From a virus (Duplodnaviria; Caudoviricetes), in the IMG/VR virus record IMGVR_UViG_3300030450_002344, positions 1-60,796 of that record: a DNA stretch of 60,796 nt. One strand, 5' to 3'. Both the position numbers and the translations under genes were made by a program. The notes under the pieces were generated by a model. That model did no database searches and was not told the origin of the DNA. It saw only the letters and a program-made list of their open reading frames with translations. This document shows positions 56,052 through 60,796 of this stretch, piece by piece. The number at the start of each line of letters is the position of its first letter. Within the stretch, counting starts at the first letter, position 1.

Positions 56052-56653
56052 GTACAGATGAAGATTTTTTCCTACAGGAAATGCCTGAAACTCCACAAAC
56101 AGATTTTATCTGGGGAGACTTTATTGATGAAGAAATTATTGACGATGTGATACATCTAGTACATGAAGACACTCATTACTTTCAAGTACGAGAGGGAAGA
56201 ACTGGTGAGGGTGTTGATAAAAACTTAAAAGATTCTACGGATATCTATTTACCAATTGCATTTAATCATGTTGCTATTCAGAATTACCTTGATGCATTAC
56301 AAGAAGTTCTTGTAAAGTATATAGAAAAATTTCCGTGGGCTGGTGCATATGGTAAATTCACAATAAAAAACAATATCTCTTATCAATGGTACGCTCCGGG
56401 AGGTGGTTTTAAAGTTTGGCATACAGAACGAACTGGTTCTGCTCCCTTTGCCGTAAATAGACATCTTGTATATATGACATACTTAAATGACGTACCTGAC
56501 GGTGGAACCGACTGGATTCACCAAAGTTTGTACGTTCCCGCCCAAAAGGGCTACACGGTCATTTGGCCCGCAGACTGGACATACACACATAGAAGCCATG
56601 TTTCAGAAACAAGTGAAAAGGCTATCCTTACTGGGTGGTATGAATTTACATAG
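56048..56653 (+). CDS. 2OG-Fe(II) oxygenase
   Basis: WHTE, MTYLNDV..GGT, WPA.WT..HR, K.ILTGW. Confidence 0.88.
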   Translation: MSTDEDFFLQEMPETPQTDFIWGDFIDEEIIDDVIHLVHEDTHYFQVREGRTGEGVDKNLKDSTDIYLPIAFNHVAIQNYLDALQEVLVKYIEKFPWAGAYGKFTIKNNISYQWYAPGGGFKVWHTERTGSAPFAVNRHLVYMTYLNDVPDGGTDWIHQSLYVPAQKGYTVIWPADWTYTHRSHVSETSEKAILTGWYEFT

Positions 56654-56674
56654 TGGTGATAGAAAGGACTTAAA

Positions 56675-57406
56675 GTGTGGCTACACATTCCCCGCAAACA
56701 TATCTCAGTATCGCATCTGGAGTCGGAGGACTTGATCTGGCGGTTACGTCTGGGAGTTCTGGAACGGCTCATCCCGTCTGTTACATTGAAAACGAAATTA
56801 CTGCAGCCGCAGTATTGGCGGCGCGTATGGAAGACGGAACATTGGCTGAGGCACCTATATGGTCTGACCTTAAAACCTTCGATTATGGAAGCTGGAGCGG
56901 CCTCGTGGATGGCATCATTGCGGGCTTCCCGTGCCAACCCTATAGCATCTCAGGAAACAGAAGTGGGGAACACCACTCAGAATACGTTTGGCCCTCTCTC
57001 CGAGATGGAATTAGAGCTGCCAATCCAGCATGGGTATTTCTTGAAAACGTCAGTGGAATCCTTGGAGTCGGAGGATACGAAGTCTTTAGAGACCTTCAAG
57101 AACTGGGTTACGATGTTTCGGCAACACTCTTATCGGCGGAGGAGGTCGGCGCGTCGCATCGTAGGGTCCGACTCTTCATTTTGGCAAACTCCCACAGCAA
57201 GCGAGAAGCATCAGACGGCCAGATTTGGGGATCGACAGTCACTTACGAGCCAAGCAATACACTGCTCGAACAACTTGGACGAGGACCCGGAGAGTACGAT
57301 GGAGATTTACTCACTCAATCCGAATTTCGTGGAGGGCATTATGGGACTGCCGACGGACTGGACCTCACTCCAAAAGACCGAACCCACCTCCTTGGAAACT
57401 CAGTAG
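56675..57406 (+). CDS. Overprinted beta subunit of C5 MTase carrying motif IX
   Basis: WQTPTASE and LNPNFVEGIMGLPTDWT in the alternative frame; 243 codons open. Confidence 0.75.
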   Translation: MWLHIPRKHISVSHLESEDLIWRLRLGVLERLIPSVTLKTKLLQPQYWRRVWKTEHWLRHLYGLTLKPSIMEAGAASWMASLRASRANPIASQETEVGNTTQNTFGPLSEMELELPIQHGYFLKTSVESLESEDTKSLETFKNWVTMFRQHSYRRRRSARRIVGSDSSFWQTPTASEKHQTARFGDRQSLTSQAIHCSNNLDEDPESTMEIYSLNPNFVEGIMGLPTDWTSLQKTEPTSLETQ

Positions 57407-57471
57407 TTCCCCTACAAGCAGCCGTAGCATGGAGATTATTATGGCACAATTATGCCAGTGCTAGAAAATAG
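56677..57471 (+). CDS. DNA cytosine-5 methyltransferase (alpha subunit)
   Basis: SGVGGLD, GFPCQPYS, FLENV, HRRVRLFI, motif X LGNSVVP; motif IX absent from this frame. Confidence 0.9.
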   Translation: MATHSPQTYLSIASGVGGLDLAVTSGSSGTAHPVCYIENEITAAAVLAARMEDGTLAEAPIWSDLKTFDYGSWSGLVDGIIAGFPCQPYSISGNRSGEHHSEYVWPSLRDGIRAANPAWVFLENVSGILGVGGYEVFRDLQELGYDVSATLLSAEEVGASHRRVRLFILANSHSKREASDGQIWGSTVTYEPSNTLLEQLGRGPGEYDGDLLTQSEFRGGHYGTADGLDLTPKDRTHLLGNSVVPLQAAVAWRLLWHNYASARK

Positions 57472-57920
57472 TTGAAATTTCTGGATCTGTCGGCCTATAG
57501 TATTCTGTTCTTCTCAACTGCCAAGGGTACCCTACGTTCCTTCTCTACCTTTCCCACACGCGCGAAAAAAAATTTATGTCTATACTAACAAATATTATTA
57601 GCACACACTAACAATTATAGTTAGCACGTACATACAGATCCCGTCAGGCTGCCCATCAAATCCCGGGCAGCACACACTACAAAATCCAGCACGCTCACAC
57701 TACTATTTCCAGCGTGCCCATGCTATCAATGCCAGCCTCCACAGACTACAGAACTTGAGCAGCTAAAATAAACCTGAGTAAATAGGTCAGGTATTATGAT
57801 AGGTTTGCATAGATTCTACTCCAAAATTGGTAGGGGATAGGGGTTGTATTCTGAGAAAAGCTGTGCCCATAATGTATACAGGTTCAAACGGTAGACAGCC
57901 GAGAGAGGAGGTTAAAAAAA

Positions 57921-58328
57921 ATGGATAAGCAAACAACTAAACTAGTTGAGGCTTTAGCGTCAAAAGCTTACATGTACAGCACTGTCAGAAAATCTGACCT
58001 TACTGTAACAGCTGTCAAGCATGCAGAGATTCCGCTAGCGGATTACACAGGGTTTATTACTGTAGAATCTACATCGGATTCAACGGTTAGGGTGAATTAC
58101 ATCCTAGACGGTGAAAACCTAGGCGGTCTTGATATCTCAAAAACTGTTAAAGGTTCGGGCGAATCGGTACAGTTCAACAAGAGTTATCTAACTCGGCAGG
58201 TAAGCGAATGGGTCGAGAGAGAAGGCGGGCTATTAGCTCCGGCGGATTATCTCAAGACTCTCTCGCCTGAAGAGGCTAAAGAGTTGGCCGACGCTCAAGC
58301 TATACTAGCTAAATACGGTCGCAAGTAG
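57921..58328 (+). CDS. Hypothetical early protein
   Basis: AGGAGG SD; TTGTAT-18-CATAAT upstream. Confidence 0.75.
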   Translation: MDKQTTKLVEALASKAYMYSTVRKSDLTVTAVKHAEIPLADYTGFITVESTSDSTVRVNYILDGENLGGLDISKTVKGSGESVQFNKSYLTRQVSEWVEREGGLLAPADYLKTLSPEEAKELADAQAILAKYGRK

Positions 58329-58474
58329 CGAGGCAACCACATCGAGGGTCGTGACCACCACGGGCTAGCTACCACAGCTAAACAACAGGGGAGGCCTTCA
58401 GGAACCGGAGGCCTTCCCACCACCAAGGGATTTAGACAAGCAGCAACCCTGGTTGTAGACAAGAGGAGCAAACA

Positions 58475-58702
58475 ATGAATTTACTACAGCGATACAGACA
58501 ATACAAGTATGATAGATGGAGAAAAAGGATCTTACCTAGCCTTAACAAGGTAGCAGGTCAAGACTTCGAGACATACGAGCAATGGCAACAATGGTACATC
58601 AAGCAAAAGTTCGTTGATAAGTTTTGGAGAATACACGTTGACCGCGGGCTACACGTTAACGCTGACGGTACACCTGTTAAGGGTGGACACTACGACAGAT
58701 AG
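58475..58702 (+). CDS. Hypothetical protein
   Basis: GAGGAG SD. Confidence 0.7.
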   Translation: MNLLQRYRQYKYDRWRKRILPSLNKVAGQDFETYEQWQQWYIKQKFVDKFWRIHVDRGLHVNADGTPVKGGHYDR

Positions 58703-58711
58703 GAGGTAGAC

Positions 58712-58897
58712 ATGGATTACCCAATCGGTAAAAAGGAGAGAGATCTAGTTGATTGGATCTCGAGCGCACTAGAAAGAAAGGAGAGACTACTAGACCAGAT
58801 AATGACTGAGAATAGAATTATCTGTCAGTACGAAGCGCAGCTATCCGATGCGCAAAAGAGACCAATGGCCCAAAGGATACACGGTAAAGAACAATAA
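58712..58897 (+). CDS. Hypothetical coiled-coil protein
   Basis: AGGAGG SD. Confidence 0.7.
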   Translation: MDYPIGKKERDLVDWISSALERKERLLDQIMTENRIICQYEAQLSDAQKRPMAQRIHGKEQ

Positions 58898-58900
58898 GAT

Positions 58901-58927
58901 AGGAGGGGCTTCGGCCCCTCTTCTCTT
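58901..58927 (+). terminator. Intrinsic terminator
   Basis: GAGGGGC-TTCG-GCCCCTC followed by TTCTCTT. Confidence 0.8.
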
Positions 58928-58939
58928 ACCCCTAACATA

Positions 58940-59460
58940 TCTTGTTAGCACACACTAATAATTTTTATTAGCCTACCCTAATTATTATTTTATGGTCACA
59001 CTAACCCGGGAATTATACACACACTAATATATATTTTATGTTCATACATATTTTTTAATAACATCTCTCTTCTATAGTATATACTATAGTTAAAACTATA
59101 GTAAAGATAAACTATAATAATATATAATATATATATAATATAATATAATATTGTGGTGTGGTGCTAGTATGATGATGTAGTGTTGGTATAGTATAGTGAT
59201 GCTGTATTAATCCCACCCACCACCCTAGTATAGTATAGATATATGGTAGTGTCAAGTACATATGTTACCGGGATGTTACAGAATGATTACGATTGTGTTA
59301 CATACTGGTAGATTTAGGTAGGTTTGCTACGAAATTATGGTAAAACTAATCTAATCTGTCGGTATTACCTGAGCTTTAGTGTTCGTTTATATATCATTCA
59401 TAAGTTAGGTGGTGCTAACTAGGTGTATTAGTGCGTACTAACATGGCACATATGGTACTA
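58940..59460. other. AT-rich non-coding region with CACACTAA repeats and palindromes (candidate origin or genome-end region)
   Basis: 18-bp palindrome at 59072-59089, near-pure AT tract, repeated CACACTAA. Confidence 0.5.
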
Positions 59461-59500
59461 CTATGCCAGTCTATTGACTAATAGGTTCGGCTATATTATT

Positions 59501-59546
59501 CTGTCCCTTACGGGACAGGTTGCGGCTCGCTGCATTTAGGTGCGGC
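59501..59546 (+). promoter_or_regulatory. Double-hairpin element copy C
   Basis: CTGTCCC-TTAC-GGGACAG, 10-nt linker, GCTGCA-TTTAGG-TGCGGC. Confidence 0.55.
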
Positions 59547-59744
59547 TCGGCCCTTTAGGGATCGTTGCTGTAATGTTTAATCACTTAACTGTTTAATAGT
59601 CTAGGTTCTATGCGGTTTCTTACTAGCTAATAGGACATATTAGATCGGCTATATAAACGAAGGGGGGTTGACAAGTTTTGATATACTGGTCGTAAGTCGT
59701 TTAACGACGAACGGCCTAATAGGAATCGGAAGGAGTATTTAATT

Positions 59745-60796
59745 ATGATTCTTACTAACTTACAGTGTGGTTGTGAATATAAAGAGGATGAGGTCTTTCA
59801 TAGAAAGATATTAGAGAAGGATTGTGGTAGGCATATACCTAAGCCCGGCTTTAAAGCTCCTAAGAAAGAACCTGTTCTAGTAATGTGGCATCCCCCTTTA
59901 ATAAGTATATATTGTAGTGGCTGTGATAATCCATTCTATAAGAGACATCCTCATAGGATTACAGGGATGGGTCATGTAATAGAACATGGTGACTCTAATA
60001 CATTAGACGAAGCCTTTGAACTGTATCATGATAAGTGGGTTGACTGGTTTAGTAACCCCATGAATCATAAAGGGACGGTCAACTTTACAGGTATAGATTA
60101 CAAGACTGAGTTCTTAACTATTAACAAACCTGTTAGGGGACAGAGCCGTATTAACTTTATGAAATATAATTCTGATAGTAATGAGGGGAACGCGCCTATA
60201 CTTACAGAAGAACCTTATGTTATAAAGCAAGAGTTTACAGATGGACGGGTTAAGATTAAGCCTCTGTTCCCTGAGTTTACAGCGGCCAAGCTATTAAACT
60301 TTACATACTTCTATCTAGTAAAGCGTACCTATAACGGAGGTAAGTCTTCAGACCAAGAGATTTGGAATAAAGACTTTAAGGGTGAGGACATCCTAGAAGA
60401 TTTAGCCAACGATGTAATCTTAGAATTCTATGAACGTACAGCTAGAGGGGTGCCGATAAGATCTATATACGGATTCATTGCTATTATTGCTAGTCAGGTA
60501 CTAAATGACTGGCGTAAAACTAGAGCCGAGACTAGGTTAAGAACTATACCGGAGGCTATACTATCTCAATATGAGGACATAGATAATCCTATGGAACTCT
60601 ATGATATATACGCTGCCACTAAAGATACTCAGCGGGAGCATGAGTTAGATAGTTTAACTAAGTTACTAAATGATATTGATAGAGATAATGCCGAGCTTGC
60701 ACTAAAGCAAGCGGAGCTAGGTAAGATTATAGCGGCCAGCTCTAACATAATAGAGGCGGTTAATAATCCTGACTATCAAGAACTGCTTAATACTAC
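59745..60796 (+). CDS. N-terminal part of sigma-factor-like protein (continues to 350)
   Basis: AAGGAG SD; open to the window end; EDLANDVILEFYE...IYGFIAIIASQVLNDWRK resembles sigma70/ECF region 2. Confidence 0.75.
   Translation, partial: MILTNLQCGCEYKEDEVFHRKILEKDCGRHIPKPGFKAPKKEPVLVMWHPPLISIYCSGCDNPFYKRHPHRITGMGHVIEHGDSNTLDEAFELYHDKWVDWFSNPMNHKGTVNFTGIDYKTEFLTINKPVRGQSRINFMKYNSDSNEGNAPILTEEPYVIKQEFTDGRVKIKPLFPEFTAAKLLNFTYFYLVKRTYNGGKSSDQEIWNKDFKGEDILEDLANDVILEFYERTARGVPIRSIYGFIAIIASQVLNDWRKTRAETRLRTIPEAILSQYEDIDNPMELYDIYAATKDTQREHELDSLTKLLNDIDRDNAELALKQAELGKIIAASSNIIEAVNNPDYQELLNT
60697..60794. repeat. Terminal direct repeat (copy 2)
   Basis: Identical to 1-98. Confidence 0.92.

Noticed and set aside
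60697-60796. Biological terminal repeat
   Set aside because: It falls mid-gene and is about k-mer length, so it is better explained as assembly overlap; the mismatch at 60795 is likely an end artefact
1-60796. Stop-codon reassignment
   Set aside because: Long genes are intact in the standard code; TAA, TAG and TGA all terminate genes

Overview
This window appears to be a complete, circularly permuted ~60.7 kb tailed dsDNA phage genome. Bases 1-98 recur at 60697-60794, and one gene reads through the junction. It looks lytic (no integrase or repressor seen) and podovirus-like (no tape measure, tube or sheath gene seen). The + strand early region holds a sigma-like protein spanning the junction, two ArdA-like and other acidic small proteins, and a class beta DNA MTase. 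The + strand replication/nucleotide module has PolA, DUF932, a DinG-like helicase, Cas4-like and ERCC4 nucleases, an AAA ATPase, class II RNR and UDG. The - strand late module runs TerS, TerL, portal, 1007-aa and 3758-aa virion proteins, scaffold, SU10-like MCP, tail proteins, amidase and holin. A + strand accessory block carries SLT-like and membrane proteins, tRNA-fMet, dNMP kinase, nuclease, 2OG-Fe(II) oxygenase and a C5 MTase. The most striking unexplained signal is non-coding: a ~640-nt array of back-to-back RNA hairpins rich in G-U pairs, with anti-Shine-Dalgarno-like loops, embedded in the anti-defence region (2500-3136). Other notable non-coding elements are a promoter-driven RNA with a possible kissing loop (12285-12448), a three-copy double-hairpin element and an ACCAC-loop hairpin cluster. 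Also of note are a dual-frame split C5 methyltransferase, probable AUA/AUU starts, an atypical initiator tRNA and apparent CCWGG depletion. All calls are by eye from motifs; no searches or folding programs were run.
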